Positions 48,401 to 58,983 of a DNA stretch of 64,000 nucleotides are shown piece by piece. Positions within the stretch are counted from its first letter, which is position 1, and every line of letters starts with the position of its first letter. Source of the stretch: Candidatus Moraniibacteriota bacterium. Lineage in GTDB: Bacteria; Patescibacteriota; Minisyncoccia; Moranbacterales; UBA1568. A program made the translations under genes and the position numbers. The stretch is from contig JAYRRF010000024.1 of assembly GCA_041910335.1 (NCBI GenBank), positions 18,529 to 82,528 of the forward strand, written 5' to 3'. The notes under the pieces were generated by a model. It was not told the DNA's origin. It did no database searches and worked only from the letters and a program-made list of their open reading frames with translations.

Positions 48401-49621
48401 ATGCCGAAGTTTTTGTATACGGCAAAATCTATTGAAACCGGTCAAGCCAGTTCTGGTGAGACAGTCGCTAAAGACGAAAAAGAACTTGCTCAAGACTTAC
48501 GTAGTCGAGGGTTATTGTTGACGTCTCATCGTGAAGTAGGTGAGAATAAAAAATTGGAAATCAAGTTCCTTGACGGGCTTCGCTCAGTGCCACTCAAGGA
48601 GAAAATGGTCTTTACCCGTAACCTCGCCGTGATGGTTTCTTCCGGATTGACTCTCTCGAGAGGTATTCATAACCTGAGTCTTCAGACTACCCATAAGGGC
48701 TTCAAAAAAATCCTTGAGGATGTTTTCAATGAAGTCCAAGGAGGGAAGTCTCTCTCTGAGGGGTTGGCTAAGTATCCGAAGGTCTTTAGTGAGCTTTTTA
48801 CCAATATGATAGCAGTGGGAGAGGTATCGGGTAACCTCGAAGAAGTCTTGGATATCCTCGCTACTCAGCTCGAGAAAGAAAATGATCTTTTGAGTAAGGT
48901 ACGAGGGGCTCTTATCTACCCGATGGTCATCCTTGTTGCGATGTTTGGCATCGGTGTTTTGATGTTGGTCTATATCTTACCAAGAATCACTGGAGTCTTC
49001 AAAGATATGAATGTCACTCTGCCGGCGTCAACAAGAGCTATCATGGCCTTCAGTGATTTTTTGCGCAATCATTACATTCTTTCTTTTGGCGGACTTTTCC
49101 TCTTCATCTTTGCTGTCAAAACTTTTGCGGGTACGACCACAGGAAGAAATTTTTTCCATTGGCTCTATATTCGCCTTCCTATCGTCGGTAACATTGTCAT
49201 CAAGGTGAACTGCGCACGTTTTGCTCGTATCCATAGCTCACTTTTGAAAAGCGGCGTCTCAGTAGTGACTTCGCTTGGCATCGTGTCCAAGACTTTGGGG
49301 AATGTGTACTACAAGAGAGCTGTAGAGAGTGCTATTGATGGCATTCAAAAGGGAACAGATCTCTCGAAAATCATCGAAGGCTATCCGAAACTGTTTCCTA
49401 TCTTGGTACCGCAGATTATCCAAGTAGGTGAAGAAACAGGAAAGACGGAGCTAGTATTGCAACGTCTCGCTGAGTTTTATGAAGAAGAGGTCTCGCAGAT
49501 TACCAAAAACATGTCTTCTATTATTGAGCCAGTTTTGATGCTACTTATTGGTGGTGGTGTGGGATTTTTTGCAGTGGCGATGTTGCAGCCGATGTATAGT
49601 GTCCTCGAAAATATCAAATAG
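48401..49621 (+). CDS. pilC: Type IV pilus/T2SS platform protein (PilC/GspF family)
   Basis: Two GspF repeats and 3 TM segments. Typical LTLSRGIHNLS...FTNMIAVGEVSGNLEEVL and SGVSVVTSL...IIQVGEETGKTELVL blocks. Confidence 0.85.
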   Translation: MPKFLYTAKSIETGQASSGETVAKDEKELAQDLRSRGLLLTSHREVGENKKLEIKFLDGLRSVPLKEKMVFTRNLAVMVSSGLTLSRGIHNLSLQTTHKGFKKILEDVFNEVQGGKSLSEGLAKYPKVFSELFTNMIAVGEVSGNLEEVLDILATQLEKENDLLSKVRGALIYPMVILVAMFGIGVLMLVYILPRITGVFKDMNVTLPASTRAIMAFSDFLRNHYILSFGGLFLFIFAVKTFAGTTTGRNFFHWLYIRLPIVGNIVIKVNCARFARIHSSLLKSGVSVVTSLGIVSKTLGNVYYKRAVESAIDGIQKGTDLSKIIEGYPKLFPILVPQIIQVGEETGKTELVLQRLAEFYEEEVSQITKNMSSIIEPVLMLLIGGGVGFFAVAMLQPMYSVLENIK

Positions 49622-49817
49622 CGGATTCAAATTATTTTTTGGAGAATTTCATTGTTGCAAGTTCCAGTACTTGCTCAAGGTACTGGTAAGTACCTCTCGC
49701 TCCGTGCTTCACTTGTGCCTCGAACTTCTCTCAAAAAATACTTTGAATACAAAGTAGCTTTGACGAATTTGTCTGTTATACGTTCTGGTGCTCGGTCTTG
49801 TACCGTGAAAAGGTAAA

Positions 49818-51200
49818 ATGAAAAAAGAAAATACACAAAAGAAGAGAAGAGGATTCACATTGATTGAGTCGATGATTTTTTTGCTGTTGTTCGCGCTTAT
49901 CTCCACGACTTTTTTTCAGGCGTATATAGTGACAACTCGGACTATTATTGAGTCAAGAAATCGTCTCGGAGGAACTGCTCTCGCCAACCAACGCATGGAG
50001 ATCATCCGGAGTATTGAATATACAACGATTGGTACGAAGCACTGGAATGGGAGCGCTTGGGTATACGGTATTCCAGCGGGAGACCTCATTGAGGAAGAGG
50101 ATGTAAGTGTCAGTGGAGCTCAGTATCATGTCGACACGTTTGTACAGTACGTGGATGATGCTTTTGATGGTGTTACACCGGCAGATACTATACCGACGGA
50201 CTATAAACGTGTGCGTATTACGGTCAGTTGGGGGAGTCGAGGAGCTGATCAGCAAGTGGCACTTTTCGGGAGTTTTTCACCTAATGGGGTGGAGAGTTCG
50301 AGTGGCGGAGGTGTGCTTTCGGTGAATGTGCTTGATGCTGGTGGTAACGGTGTGAGTGGGGCTGATGTTCGGATTCAGAATAGTAGCGCCAGTATTGATA
50401 CAACAGCAACGACAGACGCAACAGGTAATATCACCTTGCCGGGTGCACCAGCAGGCACCCAGAAGTATATTCTTACGGTTTCTAAGTCAGGTTACTTCGG
50501 AGCCAATACGTATGCGCCATATCCTACGACCGCGTACAATCCTGTAGATGTGCATGCTACAGTGGTAGCCAATGTACTCAATCAGAAGTCTATAGTGATG
50601 GATAGGGCAGTGAATATCAAACTCTCCACAGAAGATCCATTCGGGAGCGACGTAGCTAGCGTGCCATTTACTCTGGCAGGTGGGAGGCTGCTTGGTACTA
50701 ATCCGAGTACTTCGGCTGCTGTCTATAACTTCTCTAACTCTTCAACTACCGATGGCAGTGGAGAAAAAACATACTCGAGTCAGAGCTATGGACAATACAC
50801 ATTGACTGTTCCGGATACGGCCACGCATACTTTTTGGAAAATTACACCAGAAACGACAGCGACCAATCTTCTAGATGTTCTTCCAGGAGCTAATGCTGAC
50901 ATCAAGGTAGTGATGGTACCGAAAAACACAGCGGGTCTTTGGGTTACAGTAGTGAATGATGCCAATGGCTTACCAGTGAGTGGAGCTACTGTGAAATTAA
51001 GCAACGCAACACTGCCGTATGATGTAACCCGGACGACTGATGCCTTCGGCAAGGTCTACTTTCCGGAATCAACCTCGGCGCCACTATCAGCAGCTGACTA
51101 CAGCATAGAAATTTCTGCTACTGGCTACACCACCAAGACTGATACGGTCACCGTTGGCACAGCTCTTCTTCAGAAAAGCTATAATCTTGTTGCTAATTAG
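49818..51200 (+). CDS. Prepilin-type N-terminal cleavage/methylation domain protein (large pseudopilin/minor pilin, 460 aa)
   Basis: Class III signal RRGFTLIESMIFLLLFALIS, then a long beta-rich extracellular region. Confidence 0.8.
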   Translation: MKKENTQKKRRGFTLIESMIFLLLFALISTTFFQAYIVTTRTIIESRNRLGGTALANQRMEIIRSIEYTTIGTKHWNGSAWVYGIPAGDLIEEEDVSVSGAQYHVDTFVQYVDDAFDGVTPADTIPTDYKRVRITVSWGSRGADQQVALFGSFSPNGVESSSGGGVLSVNVLDAGGNGVSGADVRIQNSSASIDTTATTDATGNITLPGAPAGTQKYILTVSKSGYFGANTYAPYPTTAYNPVDVHATVVANVLNQKSIVMDRAVNIKLSTEDPFGSDVASVPFTLAGGRLLGTNPSTSAAVYNFSNSSTTDGSGEKTYSSQSYGQYTLTVPDTATHTFWKITPETTATNLLDVLPGANADIKVVMVPKNTAGLWVTVVNDANGLPVSGATVKLSNATLPYDVTRTTDAFGKVYFPESTSAPLSAADYSIEISATGYTTKTDTVTVGTALLQKSYNLVAN

Positions 51201-51202
51201 GT

Positions 51203-51841
51203 ATGGTATTCTCATTCTCCTCAAAAAAGAAAGGCATGACGTTAATTGAGATGCTCGTAGCTATCTCCATTATGATCATTGCGATGGAGGGATTCACGTA
51301 TGTTTTTGTCAGGTCTTGGGAGAATAATCGCTTCACTATTGAGATGGGACTGGCTTCTACCACAGCTTCGAGAGCAGTGAATCAGACAATTATTCAGCTA
51401 CGCGCTATCAAACAAGCTGACAATGGTGATTTTCCAATTGAGGAAGCTGATGATTTTGACTTGACTATCTATACAGATATTGATGATGATGGTGTAACGG
51501 AGCGAGTGCACTATTATCTTGATTTAGCTACAGATGAATTTAAAAGAGGAGTAACTGATCCTAATACGGCAACTATACCAGTCACGTATCCAAGTGGTGA
51601 CACGACCACCACAGTCATGGCAAAATACATTACGAACAGTAGTACGGAGCCAATTTTTCACTACTACAATGGAGATTATCCTGGAGATACAGTAAATAAC
51701 CCACTTGCTACTCCTGCGAGTGTTGGTAATATTCAGCTTGTGAAAGTGAAAATCAAGGTCAATATTAACCCAGCTAGGGCACCAGAAAACATCAATCTTG
51801 AATCATTTGTTGATTTACGTAATATGCACAACTATGAGTAG
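51203..51841 (+). CDS. Prepilin-type pseudopilin
   Basis: KKGMTLIEMLVAISIMIIAM prepilin leader/TM. Confidence 0.8.
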   Translation: MVFSFSSKKKGMTLIEMLVAISIMIIAMEGFTYVFVRSWENNRFTIEMGLASTTASRAVNQTIIQLRAIKQADNGDFPIEEADDFDLTIYTDIDDDGVTERVHYYLDLATDEFKRGVTDPNTATIPVTYPSGDTTTTVMAKYITNSSTEPIFHYYNGDYPGDTVNNPLATPASVGNIQLVKVKIKVNINPARAPENINLESFVDLRNMHNYE

Positions 51842-53252
51842 GAAATCCTTTTCTTCAGCAAAAAGAAAGGGTACGGCCCTTGTGTACGGTCTTATCATTA
51901 TGACAGTAGTGTCTATTGTTTTGACGTCTATTATTACCTTTGTGGCCAACTACACTAAGTATTCATTGCAGATTCACGCGCGTGAGCAAGCATTTCAGGT
52001 AGCTGAATCAGGTATCCATTTCTATCGCTGGTATCTTGCTCATCAGGTGGAGGGAAGGACTGCTTCGCAGATAGCTGCTTTTTGGGCAGGCACTCCGTAT
52101 GGAGTAGCTACACCATATGAGGTCGAATACAAAGATCCATCAGGGAGTGCTATAGGTAAATATAAGCTTGAAGTGGTACCACCCTCAGGTACATCTACTA
52201 TTGTGACAGTCAAGTCAACAGGTTGGACGTACCGTTACCCGAATGACAAACGTGTTATTGAAGTACGTTTTCGTAAGCCAGCCTGGAGTGAGGATATCGT
52301 GCTCGCGAACGATGTGTTGCGTTTCGGAGCTGGAACAGAAGTGTTTGGCAAAATCCATTCAAATGAGGGAATTCGCTTCGATGGCGTAGCTCATAATCTT
52401 ATCTCAAGCTCAGTATCTACTTATGATGACCCGGATCATACTGGAGGAAACGAATTCGGAGTACATACGCATGACAGTCCAGTAGATCCATTACCACCAG
52501 CAGCAGTACCGACACGCGCGGATGTTTTTGAAGGCGGAAGAAAATTCCCCGTTACAGCCACTGACTTTAATGGAGTTTTGGGGGATTTAGCTTATATGAA
52601 AAGTGAAGCTCAGGCGGGTACGAATGGGAGTAGGTACTTCAATAATACTGGACAAGGGAGACATATTATTCTCAATACGAACGATACTTTCACTATTCGT
52701 ACGGTGCAGAGTTTCAACGCTGCCACGAACCAGATTATCAATTATTCAGGTGGATGGTCCACCTACAATCTTCCAGAAGACGGTGTTATTTTTGTAGAAA
52801 ATAATGTTTGGATCTCTGGCGCAATTGATTCGCGACATGTCACGGTAGTAGCTGCTAATCTTACCTCTGCCTCACAGAAATCTATCTATATTGGTAATGA
52901 TATTCGTTATACCAATTATACGAACTGTACCGATATTCTCGGGATTATTGGACAGAATGATGTTGAAATATTTCGAGCCAGTGAAGACGACCTTCGTATC
53001 GATGCTTCCTTGATTGCGCAAAACGGTCGTGTAGGAAGGGCACATTATAGTGGTGGCGGAGGCGATTTGGTGAAGTCGGTGATTACAGTGTACGGTGCTA
53101 TAGCAACTAATCAGCGCTACGGTTTTGCTTGGACTGATGGTACGGGCTATACCACGAGGAATCTCTACTACGATAATAATCTCTTGTATTGTCCTCCGCC
53201 ATACTTTCCAACAGGTACGCAGTATGAAATGGATTTATGGAAAGAGTACTAA
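51834..53252 (+). CDS. PilX-like minor pilin/pilus-assembly protein (N-terminal TM, large extracellular domain)
   Basis: ATG at 51834 overlaps the upstream stop by 8 nt. RKGTALVYGLIIMTVVSIVLTSIITFVA anchor. The ORF-track start at 51798 is a TTG. Confidence 0.65.
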   Translation: MSRKSFSSAKRKGTALVYGLIIMTVVSIVLTSIITFVANYTKYSLQIHAREQAFQVAESGIHFYRWYLAHQVEGRTASQIAAFWAGTPYGVATPYEVEYKDPSGSAIGKYKLEVVPPSGTSTIVTVKSTGWTYRYPNDKRVIEVRFRKPAWSEDIVLANDVLRFGAGTEVFGKIHSNEGIRFDGVAHNLISSSVSTYDDPDHTGGNEFGVHTHDSPVDPLPPAAVPTRADVFEGGRKFPVTATDFNGVLGDLAYMKSEAQAGTNGSRYFNNTGQGRHIILNTNDTFTIRTVQSFNAATNQIINYSGGWSTYNLPEDGVIFVENNVWISGAIDSRHVTVVAANLTSASQKSIYIGNDIRYTNYTNCTDILGIIGQNDVEIFRASEDDLRIDASLIAQNGRVGRAHYSGGGGDLVKSVITVYGAIATNQRYGFAWTDGTGYTTRNLYYDNNLLYCPPPYFPTGTQYEMDLWKEY

Positions 53253-53293
53253 AAATCTGTTAAAATAGACACAAAAGAAAAATCAAAAGTAGA

Positions 53294-54388
53294 ATGAGTA
53301 TTTTGCAGAAAAAAATTATCAACCTTTTCCCTACCTCGTTTGGGCTTGATCTTTCTGATCTCTCAGTGAAAGCTGTTTGGCTTGAGCGAAATGGCAGTCG
53401 AGAATCCATTGCGAGCTTTGGCTCCGTACCTATTCCGGCGGGGGCTATTTCTGATGGAGAAATCATAGATGCTGAAGCCGTTAAGGTAGCGATTAAGAAT
53501 CTTCTGGAAAAAGCAGGTCCGAAAAAGATTAAGACCAAGAAAGTCATTTGTTCTTTACCAGAAACAAAGGCTTTTTTGCGTATCATTACACTGCCTCGCA
53601 TGCAACCAGATGAAGTCCGTGAAGCCATCAAATGGGAGATAGAAGCTAATATTCCATTAACACTTGATCAAGTATATTACGACTGGCAGATGCTCGACCT
53701 GAATGTGACCAATGAAAAAGATAAAATGAGCGTTCTGGTTATTGCAGTATCTCGAACGAACGTAGATCAGTTTCAAGAGGTGCTTGAAGGAGCAGGCTTG
53801 GAGCCGCTTGGCCTTGAGACGGAATCTGTTGCAGAAGCCAGGAGTTTACTCCTTGAGAGTGATGAAAAAAGAACAACACTCATCGTAGATATAGGTGATC
53901 GTCGCTCGAGTTTCTTAGTAGCTATTGGTAATAGCCCATGTTTTACTTCGAGTGTACCACTTTCATCACAGATGATGACAGATGCTATTTCTAAGTCGCT
54001 TCAGATTTCTTTCGATGATGCTGAAACAATGAAGATTAAGCATGGTCTTGGGTCACTTGCTGAGAAAAGTCCAGCATTTCTGGCCTGTGAACCAATTCTT
54101 GAAAGTATTGCTGTAGAAATTGAGAAGTCAGTAGACTTTTTTCTGACCAACTTCACTCTTGTTGAGAAAATTGACCATATCGTTTTTTGTGGTGGAGGAT
54201 CCAATATGCATGGATTATTGCCATATATGGCTAAGCGTCTTGGCAGACCAGTGGAGAATGGTAATCCTTGGATCAATCTTCGACTAGGTAAAAGGCTGCC
54301 ATTGATTGATCGAGAGCATTCAGTTCAGTATTCAACCGCTATTGGTCTAGCATTGCGAGGCCTTGATGAATATGAAGATTTTACTTAA
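53294..54388 (+). CDS. pilM: Type IV pilus assembly protein PilM (actin-like ATPase fold)
   Basis: FGLDLSDLSVKAV N-terminus, IVDIGDRRSSF and IVFCGGGSNMHGL actin-fold motifs. It precedes the PilN/PilO-like genes. Confidence 0.8.
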   Translation: MSILQKKIINLFPTSFGLDLSDLSVKAVWLERNGSRESIASFGSVPIPAGAISDGEIIDAEAVKVAIKNLLEKAGPKKIKTKKVICSLPETKAFLRIITLPRMQPDEVREAIKWEIEANIPLTLDQVYYDWQMLDLNVTNEKDKMSVLVIAVSRTNVDQFQEVLEGAGLEPLGLETESVAEARSLLLESDEKRTTLIVDIGDRRSSFLVAIGNSPCFTSSVPLSSQMMTDAISKSLQISFDDAETMKIKHGLGSLAEKSPAFLACEPILESIAVEIEKSVDFFLTNFTLVEKIDHIVFCGGGSNMHGLLPYMAKRLGRPVENGNPWINLRLGKRLPLIDREHSVQYSTAIGLALRGLDEYEDFT

Positions 54389-54938
54389 CCTCCTCCCAGA
54401 AGAAAAAAAGTCTGCAATTGAGCGCGGTCTGCACGCTCGAATTTTGTTGTGGCAATTTTTTCTTCTCTTTTTTCTTGAAATCTTTTTCATAGGTCTTTTG
54501 GTGACCATTATTGTGCTGTTACGCGTGGAGTTTGAAAGTGTCAAACTTTCTGCTCAGAATGCTGATCAGGCGGTGCAGGGTGACAAAAAAGATCTCGCTC
54601 GTTATGAAGAGAAATTCGCGGGCACTAACGAGGCTATCGGTACGATTGGTAAAATTCAGATGAGTCATTTTCATTTCACACAACTCTTCCGTATTCTTGA
54701 TATGACACAGCCAAAAGAGGTGTTGTTGCGTCAGATGGTTACCAAAGATAGAGTAGTGTCCCTTACGGGAGTAGCAAAAACTCGAGAAGATCTTCTTGCC
54801 TTTGAAGAGCAGCTGAAAGGATCTGTTTGTGTAGAGAATGTCAACGTGCCTCTGTCAAACCTCTTTTCTCAGAAAGACTTGGAGTTCCAAATGGATTTCA
54901 CTATTACGCTAGACTGTTTACGGAAAAATAGCTTATGA
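54363..54938 (+). CDS. pilN: PilN-like bitopic pilus assembly protein
   Basis: Short cytoplasmic N-terminus, one TM helix, periplasmic coiled-coil. Overlaps the pilM end. Confidence 0.6.
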   Translation: MMNMKILLNLLPEEKKSAIERGLHARILLWQFFLLFFLEIFFIGLLVTIIVLLRVEFESVKLSAQNADQAVQGDKKDLARYEEKFAGTNEAIGTIGKIQMSHFHFTQLFRILDMTQPKEVLLRQMVTKDRVVSLTGVAKTREDLLAFEEQLKGSVCVENVNVPLSNLFSQKDLEFQMDFTITLDCLRKNSL

Positions 54939-55708
54939 AAGACTTCTTCAAAAAGTATCAATTGACGATAGGCACTGTTGCGCTCATACTCCTCATGGGA
55001 TTGACGGGCTGGTTTGGTATTTTACCGCTGTATCAGCAGATATTTTCATTACGTGACGAAATTCAGAAAGAAATAGTGCGTCAACAAAATCAAGAAAAGC
55101 AACTGAAGTATCTTCCAGAGTTGAAGAAACAGTATGATGCAGTGTTGGTGGATGAAGGATATTTCGATATTCTTCTTACGGAAGAAAAAGTAGTTAGTTT
55201 TATCCGTACTGTGGAAGGCGTGGCAAGTGAGAGTGACGTGGAAATTAAAATTCAGTCAAATGATGCTGCTCTTGATACACCGACGAAGAAGAAAGGTGCT
55301 AGCAATAATGATGAGACTACAGCCAATAATCCAGCGAGCGATGGCGATCAAAAAAAGTCGAAACTCTTAGCAGAACTTCTTCCTTTTGGGAACTCTCTAC
55401 GATTGACCCTGACCCTCAAGGGAGACTACGCAGCTTTGGTTAAGTTTCTTTCTCGACTCGAGTCATTACCAGTAGCGCTGGATGTTGTATCTGTGGAAGT
55501 ACGACAACCGATACAAAACGACAATTCCACAGAAGGTGATGTGCGTTCTGTGAACCCATTTACAGGTACTGGTGATGCAGGACAGACTAATAAAACATCT
55601 CCAGATATATCTAAGGATGGCGGGTTGCCAGCAGAAATTACTCAGCCAATTTCACCAAAACTCGAGATGGTGGTAGATTTACTAGTCTATGTCGATAAGC
55701 AGAAATAA
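54935..55708 (+). CDS. pilO: PilO-like bitopic pilus assembly protein
   Basis: N-terminal TM helix, coiled-coil, C-terminal periplasmic domain. Translationally coupled (ATGA). Confidence 0.55.
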   Translation: MKDFFKKYQLTIGTVALILLMGLTGWFGILPLYQQIFSLRDEIQKEIVRQQNQEKQLKYLPELKKQYDAVLVDEGYFDILLTEEKVVSFIRTVEGVASESDVEIKIQSNDAALDTPTKKKGASNNDETTANNPASDGDQKKSKLLAELLPFGNSLRLTLTLKGDYAALVKFLSRLESLPVALDVVSVEVRQPIQNDNSTEGDVRSVNPFTGTGDAGQTNKTSPDISKDGGLPAEITQPISPKLEMVVDLLVYVDKQK

Positions 55709-56051
55709 CGGTATGGATATACAGTCAATACATATAGCAGATATTCAAAAACACTTCTCGTTTCGACGAGTGACGCTTTTTTGGTATCGTCACTTCAAGC
55801 TTATGTTTATATTGTTATTCTTTCTGATGCTCGGATTTGCAGCCTTTCTTTGGTATAGCAGTGTTTATCACTACGAATGGGATGAAAGCCAGAAAAAGGC
55901 ATATATAGAACAAACGTTTACAGAGACGAACCTGAAAGAAAAAGAGTTTCAGAAACTTTTGGAAAGTCTAAGACAAAGAAAAATAGAGTATGAAAATCCA
56001 TTTGAGATAAACAGAAACCTTTTTACTGGCGAACCTCTAGTCAAGAATTAG
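55689..56051 (+). CDS. Small membrane protein at the end of the pilMNO cluster (PilP-like position)
   Basis: One TM helix (MFILLFFLMLGFAAFLWY). Overlaps the upstream gene. A strong terminator follows. Confidence 0.45.
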   Translation: MSISRNNGMDIQSIHIADIQKHFSFRRVTLFWYRHFKLMFILLFFLMLGFAAFLWYSSVYHYEWDESQKKAYIEQTFTETNLKEKEFQKLLESLRQRKIEYENPFEINRNLFTGEPLVKN

Positions 56052-56069
56052 CAAAAAAAGAAAAGAAAA

Positions 56070-56093
56070 AACCCTCGCTAACGAGGGTTTTTC
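56070..56093 (+). terminator. Rho-independent terminator
   Basis: AACCCTCG-ctaa-CGAGGGTT followed by TTTT. Confidence 0.8.
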
Positions 56094-56147
56094 AATAAGA
56101 ATAGGGTGTGTTGACGAAGAGGATAAAAAGTGGCAGAATAAAGAGCT

Positions 56148-57197
56148 ATGTTTATAGAAGATCGCCTTACATTTTTTAAAGAAACCTTCCCGAGTAGTCC
56201 GGCGTATCGTCAGGAGCAGTTTGTGCGCGCTTTTTTTACACCAGGGTTTCGTTCTATTGAAGATATCACGACTTTGAGTAAAGTTGATAGAGAAGCTCTA
56301 GCACAGGTGTCTTGGCAGGCATTTGCCGACGTTCTTATTTTAGAAAGCAAGAAGGGTGATACTTACAAAGCACTCATCACTCTCCATGATGGTAAAAAAA
56401 TAGAAACTGTTCTCATGCAAAATGCTCGTGGACACTGGACGGTCTGTGTTTCTTCTCAGGTAGGTTGTGCCATGGCGTGTACGTTTTGTGCCACAGGTAC
56501 AATGGGCTTTACACGTAACTTAACGGTAGATGAAATAGTCGATCAGTATCGTGTATGGATGATGTATCTCGAGGACCATCCAGAATTGACTGGGCAGATC
56601 ACTAATATCGTCTTTATGGGGATGGGGGAACCACTCGCTAATTATCAGAACGTCAAGCAAACAATAGAAACGATTCTTCGGTATACCGAAATAGGACCGA
56701 CACGTATCACGGTATCTACAGTGGGTCTTATTCCCATGCTCCACAAGCTTTTGGATGATGAGACATGGCCACCGGTACGCCTTGCCGTTTCGCTTCATAG
56801 TGCAGATGCTAAGACTCGGACCAATATTATGCCGAGCTCGTATCCGCAGTTTCTTGATAAACTTCTCGAATGGACAGAGAAATACTTTGCTAAATTTTCT
56901 AGTCGTAGACGACACCTGACTTTCGAGTATGTTATGCTGTCTAAAGTAAATGACACAAGCATGCATGCTAAGGCTTTGATACAGTTCGCTCGTCGAGTAG
57001 GGAAGGTGCGTATCAATCTTATCCCATATAATTTCACAGGAGAAGTGTATCGAGATAGTCTTCCAGCTGACTTTGCGCGTTTTGAAGCGGAACTTCGTGA
57101 AGCAGGAGTATTAGTCACCCGCAGAAGAACGATGGGGGACGATATTGCAGCTGCTTGCGGGCAATTAGTAGTAGAAAAAAATAATACAAATATATGA
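56148..57197 (+). CDS. rlmN: 23S rRNA (A2503-C2)/tRNA methyltransferase RlmN (radical SAM)
   Basis: VSSQVGCAMACTFCATG radical-SAM CxxxCxxC. The conserved GMGEPLANY block is present. Confidence 0.9.
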   Translation: MFIEDRLTFFKETFPSSPAYRQEQFVRAFFTPGFRSIEDITTLSKVDREALAQVSWQAFADVLILESKKGDTYKALITLHDGKKIETVLMQNARGHWTVCVSSQVGCAMACTFCATGTMGFTRNLTVDEIVDQYRVWMMYLEDHPELTGQITNIVFMGMGEPLANYQNVKQTIETILRYTEIGPTRITVSTVGLIPMLHKLLDDETWPPVRLAVSLHSADAKTRTNIMPSSYPQFLDKLLEWTEKYFAKFSSRRRHLTFEYVMLSKVNDTSMHAKALIQFARRVGKVRINLIPYNFTGEVYRDSLPADFARFEAELREAGVLVTRRRTMGDDIAAACGQLVVEKNNTNI

Positions 57198-57745
57198 TCA
57201 ATCGGTATGTCATTGGAATAGTAGGTGGGCCAGGAACTGGCAAAGACACGATAGCAAGACTCTTACCGGAAGTGGTAGGTGAGTCAGTCGAGGTGTTATC
57301 TTTTAGTCGTCTCATTATTGATGAGTACTGTAAGCCGCTTGGTATTGAGCCAACTCATACCAATCTCCAGTTTATCGGTAATGCTATCCGTCCGGAGTGG
57401 ATTCATGAGCGTATCTATCAGAAGATAGAGCAGTCGAATGCTAAATACTTTGTCATTCCTTCCATTCGTCGAGAGGGGGATTTTCTTTTTGTACGGAGTT
57501 TTCCAAAGCATCTTCTTATCGCTGTAGAGACTGAGGGGCGGATAGCTTATGAGCGCATGAAACAGCGTAATGAGAAGCCTAATGAAGATAAATTGACCTG
57601 GGAAGAATACTTAGTGCTTTGCAATGCTCCAATTGACCAGGAAGTGCCGAAACTGAGGAAACAAGCAGACGCAACCTTAGAGAATAATGGCACGGTAGAG
57701 GAGCTCAAAGAAAAACTTAAGCAGATATTTAGTGAAGTTGCATGA
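57194..57745 (+). CDS. P-loop kinase-like protein (dNMP/adenylate/dephospho-CoA kinase-like fold)
   Basis: Walker A IGIVGGPGTGKDT. Small size, about 180 aa. Confidence 0.5.
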   Translation: MINRYVIGIVGGPGTGKDTIARLLPEVVGESVEVLSFSRLIIDEYCKPLGIEPTHTNLQFIGNAIRPEWIHERIYQKIEQSNAKYFVIPSIRREGDFLFVRSFPKHLLIAVETEGRIAYERMKQRNEKPNEDKLTWEEYLVLCNAPIDQEVPKLRKQADATLENNGTVEELKEKLKQIFSEVA

Positions 57746-58890
57746 GTAAGTATTTCATCAAAACTTTTGGCTGTCAGCAGAATGTGGCTGATAGTGAGCG
57801 ACTTGCGAGTTACTATGAGGCTCGAGGCATGACTCCAGGTACAGGCCAGGAAGACTGTGATGTTCTTATCTTGAATACCTGTGTGATTCGAGATAAAGCC
57901 GAAGAGCGAGTCTATGGTCAAATGAAGAGTCTTAAAGAGAAGCTCGGAGATAAAATGCCACATGTGGTAGTGACTGGGTGTTTGGTGGGGAGTGCAGCAC
58001 GAGTACCTGGCGGCAAGATGATGAAGCGACTCAAGCACCGTCTACCTGACGCTGAGATTCTCCCACTCGAAGATATTGGTTTTGAACATGCACCGAAACG
58101 CAAGAGTGGCAAGGAAGCGAGTATTGTCATCTCCAATGGCTGTAATAACTTTTGTGCCTTTTGTATTGTACCTTTTGCGCGGGGCAAAGAAATATCACGT
58201 CCATATGCAGAAATCTTAGAAGAGGTGCAAGAGAGTATTAATAATGGATTTACTGAGATCATGCTCTTGGGTCAGAATGTTAACTCCTATGGGGCAGATC
58301 TCCTGATGGGCGCACTGAAGGACAAAGAAAAATATGAGCTACCGAGCGGTGAGCTCGTTGATCCTGTGATGGTGAAGCATCTGGGGCGTCACCGTATCCC
58401 AACATTGTTCACCTACCTCCTTCGTGATGTAGCAGAAATACCTGGGGTAGAGAAAGTCACTTTCCTCTCATCAAATCCTTGGGACTTCTCTGATGAGCTT
58501 ATTGAAGTGATGGCTACTCATAAGAACATCAATCGGGTTCTTCATCTACCGGTGCAGGCAGGGAGTAATACTGTTATCAAACGGATGAATCGTTGGTATA
58601 CCCGAGAAGAGTACCTTGATCTTGTCGCGAAGTTACGAAAAGCGATGCCAGATATCAAGATCACCACCGACATCATCGTTGGTTTTCCGGGGGAGACTAT
58701 CTCAGACTTTGAAGAAACCAAGAAGCTGGTCGAAGAGGTAGGATTTGTCCAGACCTTCATTGCCTGGTATTCACCGCGTCCTGGGACAGCAGCTACGAAA
58801 GGTATGGAAGATGATATACCAATAGAAGAGAAACAACGTCGTTTTCATGAGTTGGACGAGCTCGCGTATAAAGGTGAGAGCTATTATTAG
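57742..58890 (+). CDS. MiaB/RimO-family radical-SAM methylthiotransferase (short, no obvious TRAM domain)
   Basis: MTTase N-domain FIKTFGCQQNVADSERL. Radical SAM SNGCNNFCAFCIVPFARG. Confidence 0.8.
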   Translation: MSKYFIKTFGCQQNVADSERLASYYEARGMTPGTGQEDCDVLILNTCVIRDKAEERVYGQMKSLKEKLGDKMPHVVVTGCLVGSAARVPGGKMMKRLKHRLPDAEILPLEDIGFEHAPKRKSGKEASIVISNGCNNFCAFCIVPFARGKEISRPYAEILEEVQESINNGFTEIMLLGQNVNSYGADLLMGALKDKEKYELPSGELVDPVMVKHLGRHRIPTLFTYLLRDVAEIPGVEKVTFLSSNPWDFSDELIEVMATHKNINRVLHLPVQAGSNTVIKRMNRWYTREEYLDLVAKLRKAMPDIKITTDIIVGFPGETISDFEETKKLVEEVGFVQTFIAWYSPRPGTAATKGMEDDIPIEEKQRRFHELDELAYKGESYY

Positions 58891-58983
58891 ATTTTCCTAT
58901 TTTTGGAAATAAAAAACAGCCTTTCGGCTCAGTATTTTTGGTGGGTAGGAGGGAGTGCTGTTGCACACCCTCCTCCCAAGTTG

